Below are positions 23,150 through 35,324 of a stretch of 44,336 bases of DNA, piece after piece. Numbering within the stretch: position 1 is the stretch's first letter; the number at the start of each line of letters is the position of its first letter. The notes below the pieces were generated by a model. The model was not told the origin of the DNA. It worked only from the letters and a program-made list of their open reading frames with translations, and made no database searches. The stretch is from Mobula hypostoma (taxonomy: Eukaryota). The stretch is from positions 6,529,665 through 6,574,000 of the forward strand of contig NW_026948187.1 of the NCBI RefSeq assembly GCF_963921235.1. The letters are read 5' to 3'. Both the position numbers and the translations under genes were made by a program.

Positions 23150-24620
23150 GATGTGAATCTCCCTCCGCACCGTCCCGTCACGCACTCACGGAGTTCAGAC
23201 ATACAGAGTGAATCTCCCTCCACACCTTCCCATCACACACTCCCGGGGTCAGACACACAGAGTGAATCTCCCTCCACACCGTCCCATCACACACTCCCGG
23301 GGTCAGACACAGAGTGAATCTCCCTCCACACCGTCCCATCACACACTCCCGGGGTCAGACACACAGAGTGAATCTCCCTCCACACCGTCCCATCACACAC
23401 TCCCGGGGTCAGACACAGAGTGAATCTCCCTCCACACCGTCCCATCACACACTCCCGGGTTCAGACACACAGAGTGAATCTCCCTCCACACCGTCCCATC
23501 ACACACTCCCGGGGTCAGACACAGAGGGAAGCTCCCACCGCACTGTCCCATCACACACTCTCCGGAAAAAACACAAAGTGAATCTTCCTCCACACCGTCC
23601 CATCACACACTCCCGGGGTCAGACACACAGAGTGAATCTCCCTCCACACCATCCCATTACACACTCCCGGAGTCAGACACAGAGTGAATCTCCCTCGACT
23701 CCGTCCCATCACACACTCCCGGGTTTAGACACAGAGTGAATCTCCCTCCACACCGTCCCATCACACACTCCCGGCCTCAGACACAGAGTGAATCTCCCTC
23801 CACACCGTCCCATCACACACTTCCGGGGACAGACACAGAGTGAATCTCCCTCCACACCGTCCCATCACACACTCCCGGGGTCAGACACAGAGTGAATCTC
23901 CCTCCACACCATCCCATCACACACTTCCGGGGTCAGACACACAGAGTGAATCTCCCTCCACACCATCCCATTACACACTCCCGGAGTCAGACACAGAGTG
24001 AATCTCCCTCGACTCCGTCCCATCACACACTCCCGGGTTTAGACACAGAGTGAATCTCCCTCCACACCGTCCCATCACACACTCCCGGCCTCAGACACAG
24101 AGTGAATCTCCCTCCACACCATCCCATCACACACTCCTGGGGTCAGACACACAGAGTGAATCTCCCTCCACACCGTCCCATCACACACTCCCGGGGTCAG
24201 ACACAGAGTGAATCTCCCTCCACACCGTCCCATCACACACTCCCGGAGTCAGACACAGAGTGAATCTCCCTCCACACCATCCCATCACACACTCCCGGGG
24301 TCAGACACACAGAGTGAATCTCCCTCCACACCGTCCCATCACACACTCCCGGGGTCAGACACACAGAGTGAATCTCCCTCCACACCGTCCCATCACACAC
24401 TCCCGGGGTCAGACACAGAGTGAATCTCCCTCCACACCATCCCATCACACACTCCCGGGGTCAGACACACAGAGTGAATCTCCCTCCACACCGTCCCATC
24501 ACACACTCCCGGCCTCAGACACAGAGTGAATCTCCCTCCACACCGTCCCATCACACACTCCCGGGGTCAGACACAGAGTGAATCTCCCTCCACACCGTCC
24601 CATCACACACTCCCGGGGTC
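23150..24620 (+). repeat. 52/54-bp minisatellite (~27 units)
   Basis: Unit GGTCAGA(CA)CACAGAGTGAATCTCCCTCCACACCGTCCCATCACACACTCCCGG; length varies by one CA dinucleotide. Confidence 0.95.
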
Positions 24621-24624
24621 TACG

Positions 24625-26270
24625 AGACCATAGCATTACAGGGAAGATTCTAGCATGAATAAACTGAAGGCTGATTGGAAGGAGGCAAAGAGTGGGAAAA
24701 AAGGGAGCCTTTTCTGATTGACTGCCGGCGACTTTTGGTATTCCGCTGGGGTCTGTGTTGGGACCGATTCTTTTTACGGTATATGTCAGTGATTTGGATG
24801 ATGGAATTGATGGCTTTGTTGCAAAGTTTCCAGAGGATAGGAAGATAGGTGGAGGGGCAGGTAGTTTTGAGGAAATGGAGAGGCTGCGGAAGGACTTGGA
24901 CAGATTAGGAGAATGGGCAAGGAAATGGCAGTTGGAACACAGTGGCGGGAAGTGTTTGATCGTGAACTTTGGTGGAAGATATGGAAGGGTTGCCGATGTT
25001 ATAAATGGAGAGAAATTATAAAAAAAAATCTGAGGCGCAAAAGGGACTTGGGAGTCCTCGTGTCGGATTCCCTGAAGCTTAATTTGCACGTTGAGTCGGC
25101 GGTGAGGAAGGGAAATGCGATGTCAGCGCTCATGTCAAGAGGACTAGAATATAAAGGCAAGGATGTGATGTTGAGGCTTTGTAAAGCACTGGTGAGGCCT
25201 CGCTTGGAGTACCGTGAGCAGGTTTGGGCCCCTTTGTCTGAGACAGGAGGTGCTGAAACAGGAGAGGGTTCGGAGAAGGTTCACGAAAATGATTCCGGGA
25301 TTAAACGGCTTATCATTGGGAGGGAGTTTGGGCCTGCACTCACTGGAATTTAGAAGAATGAGGGGGTGACCTATCGAATGTTGAAAGACGGTGATAGAGC
25401 GGATGTGGCGAAGTTGATTCCTATGGTAGGAGAGTCTAAGACCATAAGACGATCAGACAAAGGAGCAGAAGTCGGCCATTCGGCCCATCGAGTCTGCTCC
25501 GCCATTTTATCATGAGCTGATCCGCTCTCCCATTTAGTCCCACTCCCCCGCCTTCTCACCATAACCTTTGATGCCCCGGCTACTCAGATACCTATCAATC
25601 TCTGCCTTAAATACACTTGGCCTCCACTGCCGCCCGTGGCAACAAATTCCACAAATTCACCACCCTCTGGCTAACTCTCTAGTAAAGTTTGCTTAGACTC
25701 TGCCTAAGTTACAGAGAAAGGTTGCACAAGTTGGGTCTTTATTCTTTGGAGCGTAGAAGGTTGAGGGGGGAACTTCATAAAGGTGTTTAAAAATATGAGG
25801 GAGATAGATAGAGTTGACGTGGATAGGCTTTTCCCATTGAGAGTGGGGGAGATTCAAACTAGAAGACACGAGTTGAGAGTTAAAGGGCAAAAGTTTAGGG
25901 GTAACACGAGGGGGAACTTCTCTACTCAGAGAGTGGTGGCTGTGTGGAACGAGAAGTGGTCGAGGCAGGTTAGATGTTGTCGTTTAAAGTTAAATTGGAT
26001 AGATATATGGACAGGAAATGAATGGAGGGTTATGGGCTGAGTGCAGGTCGGTGGGACTAGAAGAGAGAGTAAGAGTTCGGCACGGACTAGAAGGGCCGAG
26101 ATGGCCTGTTTCCGTGCTGTGATCGTTATATGGTTAAAGGCATTTCTCTGCATCTCGGTTTTGAAAGGGGTTCTCCCTATCCCGTGGCTGTGCCCTCTTG
26201 TCCTAGAATCCGCCACCATGGGAACCATCCTTTCCGCATCTATTCTGTCTAGGCCTTTTAGTCCATGAGC
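24625..26270. mobile_element. CR1 fragments (RT region and 3' ends)
   Basis: LGPILFTVYVSDLDDGIDGFVAKF.ED (RT KFADD region); further 3' fragments in both orientations. Confidence 0.75.
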
Positions 26271-26889
26271 CAGGACCCCAAATTTGGGCCACCGGTCCCA
26301 TCTGGAGGCAATAACTCTTTTAGTGATTTTTGGCAAGGTATACACCCCGAGTGCTAGAAAATATGTGATAGCTTTGCAGCGCTGGCAGCTTGATCTGCTG
26401 TACTGATGTTAATATGGAATATATACAAAATGTGATTACTTATTTGAATTCCTGAATAAATTCAATACAAATCCATGTGATTATATGTGTCCTAGGGTTT
26501 TTTTTATTGACTTTTCCAAAATAAACAACAGACAAATATATTTTTTTTCTCAAAGTGAAATGATTCAATCTACCGAAATTGGGCACTATACTGCGAGTGC
26601 CACAAATGATACAGTTTTCAATGTAGAATTTTACAACAACATTTGATGAAATGTGCTTGAACTCAGCTACCATTGTGACAAATTTCAATGTTGAGGGATC
26701 ACTGATGACAAAATACCACCAGGTTGAATATATATGTTGTACTTTATATTGGCCACTTTTCAGAAATGCTTATTTTAAGGTAGTGTTATAAAATGGGCGA
26801 TAGCGCACGATGAAGCTACCACTGGTGCAATGCTATCACATATTATCCAACTCTAGAGATGTATAATTTGCCAAAAATCACTATGAGGA

Positions 26890-27660
26890 TTATTCCCCTC
26901 GCATGGTACCGACCAACCCTACTGGCAGACGGACTAGTTCAACATTCAATTCGAAGGGCTTCAATGAGATCCCCACCTCATCCTTCTGAACTCCAGCGAG
27001 TACAGACCCAGAGCCATCAAACGTCCCTCGTATGATAACCATTTTCGTTCCCGGAATCATCCTTGTGAACCTCCTCTGGACCCTCTCCAACGCCAGCACA
27101 TCTTTTCGGAGATGAGGGGCCCAAAACTGTTCACAATACTGAAGGTGAGGCCTCACCGGTGCCTTATAAAGCCTCAACATCACATCCCTGCTCTTGTATT
27201 CTAGACCTCTTGAAATGAATGCTAACATGGCATTTTCCTTCCACACCACTGACTCGACCTGCAAGTTAACCTTCAGGGTGTTGTGCGCAGGGACTCCCCC
27301 CAAGCGCCTTTGCATCTCAGATTTTTGGAATTTCTCCCCGTTTGGAAAATAGTCTGCACATTTACTTCTGCTACCAAAGTGCATGACCATGCATTTTCCA
27401 ACCTTGTATTTCATTTGCCACCTTCTTGCCCATCCTCCGAATCAGTTTAAGTCCTTCTGCACCTTCCCTGTTTCCTTAACGCTGCCTGTCCCTCCACCAA
27501 TCTTTGTATCATCTGCAAACTTGGCAACAAAGCCCTCTATTCCATCATCTAAATCATTTATATACAGCATGAAAAAACAACAGATCCCTGCAGAATACCA
27601 CTAGTCACTGGCAGCCAACCAGAAAGGGATCCTTTTATTCCCACTCGCTGCCTCCTACGA
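26890..27660 (-). mobile_element. CR1 LINE fragment
   Basis: KCMVMHFG...MLAFISRGLEYKSRDVMLRLYKAPVRPHLQYC. Confidence 0.8.
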
Positions 27661-28310
27661 CCCCTGCTTCCATCCAGGGGGTCAGCGTGGACATGGTGGA
27701 GGATTACAAATACCTGGGGATACGAATTGACAATAAACTGGACTGATCAAAGAACACTGAGGCTGTCTACAAGAAGGGTCAGAGCCGTCTCTATTTCCTG
27801 AGGAGACTGAGGTCCTTTAACATCTGCTGGACGATGCTGAGGATGTTCTACGAGTCTGTGGTGGTCAGTGCGATCATGTTTGCTGTTGTGTGCTGGGGCA
27901 GCAGACACTAACAGAATCACCAATCTCATTCGTAAGGCCAGTGATGTTGTGGGGATGGAACTGGACTCTCTGACGGTGGTGTCTGAAAAGAGGATGCTGT
28001 CCAAGTTGCATGCCATCTTGGACAATGTCTCCCACCCACTACATAATGTACTGGTTGGGCACAGGAGTACATTCAGCCAGAGACTCATTCCACCGAGATG
28101 CAACACAGAGCGTCATAGGAAGTCATTCCTGCCTGTGGCCATCAAACTTTACAACTCCTCCCCTGGAGGGTCAGACACCCTGAGCCAATAGGCTGGTCCT
28201 GGACTTATTTCCTGGCATAATTTATATATTACTATTTAATTATTTATGGTGCAACTGTAGCGAAAACCAATTTCTCCCGGGATCAATAAAGTATGACTAA
28301 GACTATGACT
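27660..28310 (+). mobile_element. Rex1/Babar-like LINE 3' fragment
   Basis: Close paralogue of 17536-18200, with the same C-terminus and ATGACT tail. Confidence 0.8.
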
Positions 28311-28319
28311 AGCTATCAA

Positions 28320-30025
28320 TAAATGATCTAACCATGTTCGTAACTTTCCTGCAATTCCATGGGCTCTTAACTTGGTAAGCAGCCTCAGGTGTGGCATCCT
28401 TGTCAAAAGCCTTCGGATGCACCCACTCCATCTCCTTTACCTATCCCACTTGTAATCTCCTCAAAGGATTCCAACAGGCTCGTCAGGCAGGATTTTCCCT
28501 GAAGGAAACCATGCTGACTTTGGCCTATCTTGTCCTGTGTCACCGCCAAGTACTCCATCACCTCATCTTTAACAATTGACTCCAACATCTTCCCAACCAC
28601 TGAGGTCAGATTAACCGGTCTATAGTCTCCTTTCTGCTGCCTTCCTCCTTTCTTAATGGGTGGGGTGATATTTCATATTTTCCAGTCCCCTGGCACCATG
28701 CCAGAGTCCAATGATTTTTGAAAGATCATTTCTAACGCCACGACAATCTCTAACGCTACCTCTTTCAGGACCCCAGGGTGCGTTTCCTCTGGACGGGTGA
28801 CTTATGTGTCTTTAGGTCTTTCAGCCTTTTGAGCATCCTCTCTGCTTGTAACAGTAACTGCAACCACTTCCTTTCCTTCGCACTCTTCGACATCTGACCT
28901 GCTGCTTGTTTCTGAGCCACAGCGAAGAGTGACTCAAAATACTCATTTAGTTAATCAGCCACCTCCTTCTCCCCCGTTATTATTTCTCCTGCCTCATTTT
29001 CTAGCGGTCCTATATCCACTTTCAATTCTCTTTTATTTTTTTTAGCATACTTGAAAAAAAAAGACCTTTTTACTATCCAGTTTGATATTATTTGCTATAT
29101 TGCTTTTATATTTCTGCTTTTGATTTTTTTTTATGGTTACGCTGCACGTTTTTTAAAACTTCCCAGTCCTCTATCTTCCCGCTAATTTTTGCTTTGTTCT
29201 TTGGCTTTTGCAATAGCTTTGACTTCCCTCGTCACCCATAGTCGTACTATTTTATCATTTGACTATTTCTTCATTTTTGGGATACATGTGACCTGCACCA
29301 TTCTCATGAAACGCACGCTGCTCGGCTGTCATCCCTGCCTGCAGCTCCTTCCAAGTTACTTTGGCCAACTCCATAGAAACCATAGAAACTACAGCACAGA
29401 AACAGGCCTTTTGGCCCTTCTTGGCTGTGCCGAACCATTTTCTGCCTAGTCCCACTGACCTGCACACGGACCATATCCATCCATACACCTCCCATCCATG
29501 TATCTGTCCAATTTATTCTTAAACGTTAAAAAAGAACCTGCATTTACCACCTCGTCTGGCAGCTCATTCCACACTCCCACCACTCTCTGTGTGAAGAAGC
29601 CCCCCCACCATGTTCCCTTTAAACATTCCCCCCTTCACCCTTAACCCATGTCCTCTGGTTTATTACTCCCCTTGCCTCAGTGGAAAAAGCCTGCTTGCAT
29701 TCACTCTATCTATACCCATCATAATTTTATATACCTCTATCAAATCTCCCCTCATTCTTCTACGCTCCAGGGAATAAAGTCCTAACCTATTCAACCTTTC
29801 TCTGTAGCTGAGTTTCTCGAGTCCCGGCAACATCCTTGTAAACCTTCTCTGCACTCTTTCAACCTTATTTATATCCTTCCTGTAATTTGGTGACCAAAAC
29901 TGAACACCATACTCCAGATTCGGCCTCACCAATGCCTTATACAACCTCATCATAACATTCCAGCTCTTATACTCAATACTTCGATTAATAAAGGCCAATG
30001 TACCAAAAGCTCTCTTTACGACCCT
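28320..30025 (-). mobile_element. CR1 fragments (decayed RT region plus a young 3' copy at 29365-30025)
   Basis: VGKMLESIVKD...SQHGFLQGKSCLTSL; the young copy matches 8396-9025. Confidence 0.75.
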
Positions 30026-30034
30026 ATCTACCTC

Positions 30035-30830
30035 GAGGAACAGAGGACTTCAAGTCCCAAGGACTTTCTACAGGGGCACAATTGAGAGCATCCTGACTGG
30101 TACGGGAACCGTACCCCCCTCAATCGCAGGACTCTGCAGAGAGTGGGCGCGGACAGCCCGGCGCATCCGTAGACGTGAACTTCACACTATTCAGGACATT
30201 TACAGAGACGGGTGTGTAAAAAGGGCCCGGACGGTCATTTTGGGACCCGAGTCACCCCCAACCACAAACTGTCCCAGCTGCTACCGTCCGGGAAACGGTA
30301 CCGCAGCATAAAAGCCAGGACCAACTGTCTCCGGGACAGCTTCTCCCACCAGGCCGATTAATTCACGCTGACACAACTGTATTTCTATGTTTTATTGACT
30401 GTTCCGCTGCACGTGCTATTTATTATAAACTACTATAAACTGCGCATTTAGACGGAGACGTGACGCAAAGATTTTTTGCTCCTCGTGTACGTGAAGGAAT
30501 TGGATTACATTGTCTTTATTTCTTACACCCTTCACACGCACACGAGGGGTAAAAATATCTAGGTTATGTCTCCATCTCAATGTGCGATGTGCAGTCGTGG
30601 TAATTTATAATAAATAGAACAGTCAATGTAACATAGAAATGCACTCAAATCAGCGCGAGTTAATCAATCTGGTGGCCTGGTGGGAGAAGCTGTCCCGGGG
30701 CCTGTTAGCCCTGGCTTTTATGCCGCGGTACCGTTTCCCGGGCGGTAGCAGCCGGGACAGTTTGTGTTGGGGGTGACTCGGGTCCCCAGTGATCCTTCGG
30801 GCCCTTTTTCCATACCTGTCTCTGTAATTC
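30035..30830. mobile_element. Two Rex1-like fragments, tail to tail
   Basis: + copy ~30035-30480 and - copy ~30490-30830 (ITGDPSHPQHKLSRLLPPGKRYRGIKARANR). Confidence 0.65.
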
Positions 30831-30839
30831 AAATATCTT

Positions 30840-31070
30840 GGCAGGCTAATAACGAGTGATGGTGCGACACAGATATCAAATACAGAACAGCAATGGCGGA
30901 AGACCACATTAACAGACAGAAAGACACACTGAAAAGCAGAACACTGCAGTGCTACGTTTATTCTATCCCGACTTATGGAAGCGAATACTGGACCGTTTCC
31001 CCAGCAATGGAAAAGAGACGAGAAGCAGCTGAATTATGGTTCGACAGGAGAATGTTAAAAATATCATGGA

Positions 31071-31106
<36 letters not shown>

Positions 31107-32115
31107 CAATAGAGAATAGGTGCGGGAGTAGGCCATTCGGCCCCTTCGAGCCAGCACCGCCATTCACCGTGATCATGGCTGATAATCCACAATCAGGATC
31201 CAGTTCCTGCCTTCTCCCCATATCCCTTCACTCCGCTATCTTTAAGAGCTCTATCTAACTCTTTTTTGAAAAAAATCCAGAGAATTGGCCTTGGAGTACT
31301 GTGTCCAGATCTGGTCACCTCACTGTAGGAGGGTTGTGGAAGCATTGGAAAGGGAACAGAGGAGATTTACCAGGATGCTGCCTGGTTTAGAGAGTATGGA
31401 TTATGAGCAGACATTAAGGGAGCTAGGGCTTTATTCTTTGGAGAGAAGGAGGACGAGATGAGACATGATAGAGGTAGACAAGAAATTAAGAGGAATCGAT
31501 AGAGTGACCTGTACTAATAGACAATAGGTGCAGGAGTCGGCCATTCGGCCCTTCGAGCCAGCACCGCCATTCACACGGCTGATCATCCACTATCAGTATC
31601 CAGTTCCTGCCTTATCCCCATCACCTTTGATTCCACTATCTCCATCTCCTTTTTGAAAGCACCCAGAGATTTAGCCTCCACAGCCTTCTGGGACAGAGCA
31701 TTCCGTATATCCACCACTCTCTGGGTGAAAAAGTTTTTCCTCAACTCCGTTCTAAATGGCCTAAACTGTGGCCTCTGGTTCTGGATTCACCCATCAGCGG
31801 GAACATGCTTCCTGCCTCCAGCGTGTCCAATCCCTTAATAATCTTACACGTTTCAATAAGATCCCCTCTCAGCCTTCTAAATTCCAGTGTATACAAGCCC
31901 AGTCGCTCCAATCAGATGAAGAAGTTCTCAGAACAACCCAGGCAGTTCGATCACTCATACCAACAATAAGAGAAAGACAACTCAGATTCCGAGGACCCAT
32001 CATGAGGAAAGATGAACTAGAAAAACTCATACTCTCTGGAAAGATCGAGGGGAACGCACAGTCAGGTGGCTACACATCGAGGAAATGGAAGTCATCCAAA
32101 AAACGAAGGAGAGAT
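30840..32115 (+). mobile_element. RTE-clade LINE fragment split by (CA)n and nested CR1 pieces
   Basis: Left: LQCYVYSIPTYGSEYWTVSPAMEKRREAAELWFDRRMLKISWT; right (from ~31912): SDEEVLRTTQAVRSLIPTIRERQLRF..IMRKDELEKLILSGKIEG. Confidence 0.75.
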
Positions 32116-32379
32116 CTACATGGAAAACCACGGTCGCAAAAGTCCGCAGCGTATATGGTACCTAGACAGACAGGCAATCTTTGTAATAGTGGGAAGTTCA
32201 TAACGACAGATACGCTGGGTTGCCCGCACCACTCTCCGCAGTAATGAAGCCAATTTAATTGAATTCATTTACAATTTCCCCGCTGCACCCGGTGACCCGG
32301 TGACCTCTGTCTCCGGGGCCCATGTTAGACAGTAGATTGCAATGAAATCTGTGAACTACACTGAGAAGCGTATACATTT

Positions 32380-32890
32380 CTGTGTCCAGTTCTGGTCGCC
32401 TCACTGTAGGAGGGTTGTAGAAACGTTGGAAAGGGTACAGAGGAGATTTACCAGGATGCTGCCTGGTTTAGAGAGTATGGATTATGACCAGAGATTAAGG
32501 GAGCTAGGGCTTTACTCTTTGGAGAGAAGGAAGGTGAGAGGAGACATGATAGAGGTGTACAAGATAATAAGAGGAATAGATAGAGTGGATAGCCAGCGCC
32601 TCTTCCCCAGGGCACCACTGCTCAATACAAGAGGTCATGGCTTTAAGGTAAGGGGTGGGAAGTTCAAGGGGGATATTAGAGGGAGATTTTTAACTCAGAG
32701 AGTGGTTGGTGCGTGGAATGCACTGCCTGAGTCAGTGGTGGAGGCAGATACACTAGTGAAGTTTAAGAGACTGATATATGGAGGAATTTAAGGTGGTGGG
32801 TTATATGTGAGGCAGGGTTTAAGGGTCGGCACAACATTGTGGGCCGAAGGGCTGTACTGTGCTGTACTATTCTATGTTCTATGTTCTATA
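32380..32890 (+). mobile_element. CR1 LINE 3' fragment
   Basis: ORF 32342..32791; same subfamily as 17060-17535 and 21530-22570. Confidence 0.85.
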
Positions 32891-33574
32891 TTTTATTTTT
32901 CGGGCAAATCCAGATACAAGAGGGCACAGGTTTAAGATGAAAGGGCAGAAAGATTTAACAGAGGGGTAAAATTTTCACCCACAGGTCGCCTCGTCCCATC
33001 GACCTGCACCCGGACCAAATACCCCGATGCCGCCTTCCCCCCACCCCTCGGCCCATCCGTGCACCTGTCCAAATTTCTCTTCAATGCTGGAATCGAGCCC
33101 GCTTCCGCAGGTTCGGCCGGCATCTCGGTCTGAGAGAACATTTATCCTCCTCATCTTCGCTCTGAACCTATCCGTTCAGCTCCAGTCTCACTCAACCTCA
33201 GCAGGGGACAAAAAAGCCTGTTTACATTTACTCCATCTATACCCCTCAGAGTTTTGTACAAGCTCTGTCAAATCGCCCCTCATTGCCCCGCACTCCAGGG
33301 GATGAGGCCCTCATGGTCTCACCTTCACCGGGGATACCGAACTCCAAAGGCTGGGGGAGTTTGGCTTTGAGGTGTTGGTAGTGCTGGCGGATGGGGGTGG
33401 GAGCCAATCGCCCCCCGTCCCCAGAAAGTGTGGGGGTTATGGGACGAGGGGGAAGAGATGGGTGCAGTTATGTCACCCGGGCAGCTACATGGGCAGGGAA
33501 GGTTTAGATCGGGGGCGCCCACCTGGGATTCCAAGGACCCATTATTACTTAATGGCATCGGTCAATAGACAACA

Positions 33575-35010
33575 GACAATAGGTGCAGGAGACGGCCATT
33601 CAGCCCTTCGAGCCAGCACTGCCATTCCCTGTGATCATGGTTGATCATCCACAATCAGTATCCTGCTCCTGCCTTATCCCCATATCCTTTCACTCCGCTA
33701 TCTTTAAGAGCTCTGTCCATCTCTTTCTTGAAAGAATCCAGAGAATTGTCCCCCACTGCCTTCTGGGCCAGAGCATTCCACAGAACCACCACTCTCTGGG
33801 TGAAAATGTTTTTCCTCAACTCCGTTCTAAATGGCCCACCCCTTATTCTTAAACTGTGGCCCCTATTATGGACTCCCCCAACATCGGGAACATGTTTCCT
33901 GCCTCTAGCCTGTCCAATCCCGTCTTGGGAGACTGGGAGCCCTTGAAGAGAAAAATCCGCCGATGCTGGAAGTCCAGACAAACGCCCTCAAAATGCCGGG
34001 GGCAACTCAGCAGGCCAGGTCGCACCCACGGAAAAAGAGACTCTTCGGCAGGACTGGAGGGAGAGAGGGAAAGAGAGAGAGAGGGAGAGAGAGAGAGAGA
34101 GAGAGAGAGAACAGACGAGTGAGCCCCTTGTTTAGAAATGGGCTAAAGGCGGGAAAGTGGGGCTGGCCAGTGGAAGCGCCTTGGCTGGCAGGCATGGGTC
34201 GGGCCGAAGGGCCAGTTGGCGGACCACGTGACCCGGCGATTGGAGCGCATAGGACATGGAACGGCACGGCGCTGGGGAGGCCATTCGGCCCACAATGCTC
34301 TGCCTATCCTGACATGCCATCCTCTGCGTATTGGCCCCCGTTCATTTGACTTCTCAGGCCACAGGCGGAGTATTCTGTGCAGGTTTAGTTGCCCCGTCAC
34401 GGAATGAGTGCTGGGGGTGTCGGGCTTTTGGGAGCTGCCTCGGGATATTGCCTAGAACAGAGGGCATAAGCTGCAAGCAGAGGTTGGACAAAATGTAAGG
34501 AGAGGGTTCAGGGAATAATCACGAGAATGAGTCCAGGAATGAAAGGGTTACCGTATGAGGAACGTCTGGCAGCTCTTGGGCTGTATTCCCTGGAGTTCAG
34601 AGGAATGAAGGGGGATCTCATAGAATCATTCCGAATATTAAAAGGCCTGAACAGATTAGATATGGCAAAGTTATTTCCCGTGGTAGGGGAGTCTAGGACA
34701 AGAAGGCACGACTTCAGGATTGAAGGACGACCCCATTTAGAACTGAGATGCGGGGAAATTACTTTAGTCAGAGGGTGGTAAATATGTGGAATTTGTTGCC
34801 ACGAGCGGCTGTGGAGTTGAAGTCATTGGGTGCATTTAAGGCAGAGATAGATAGGTTCTTGATTAGCCAGGGCATCAGAGGGTACGGGGTGAAAGCAGGG
34901 AAGTGGGGGAATGACTGGAAGAATTGGATCAGTCCTACCCTGAGTGGCGGAGCAGACTCGATGGGCCGAATGGCCCACATCTGCTCCTATATTTTATGGA
35001 CTTATGGTAT
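33575..35010. mobile_element. CR1 3' fragments and a decayed Penelope terminal remnant (~33950-34060, minus)
   Basis: - CR1 at 33575-33925, + CR1 at 34480-35010; 33955-34057 resembles the reverse complement of 19070-19205. Confidence 0.65.
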
Positions 35011-35324
35011 GTCGATCTAAAAGTCCAATGGTCTTTTAAACCTCCACCTAACTGCTTGCTTCCACGAGCGCTTCTGTTAAGCCACTGCAAACAGTCTCTG
35101 CGTAAACAACAAAAAAAAATCTTTCCTCTTACTCCGTCTTTCAAACCATCTGTGTTTTACGGCCTTGTAAGGCTCTGTCAGACTTTCCCCCTGCTCCAAA
35201 CGTAAACACCTGCCTTCTGGTATTTGAGGTCTACAGCCGGGGGAATCGACTCAGATTGTCCGAACTATCTGCACCCACTTAATTTTAAAAAAGAAAAAAA
35301 AACAATGACAGACATTTTCAATAG

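Noticed and set aside
32268-32325. Minus-strand WGPG/EVTVT-like string resembling an IgH-type J
   Set aside because: Needs several indels to read as a J; no RSS or donor.
33318-33350. LEFG followed by a GTGAG donor
   Set aside because: No GxGT/L-x-V pattern and no RSS.
35150-35250. FTFGAG motif on the minus strand
   Set aside because: Lies in a decayed CR1 remnant; no CAC heptamer and no J C-terminus.
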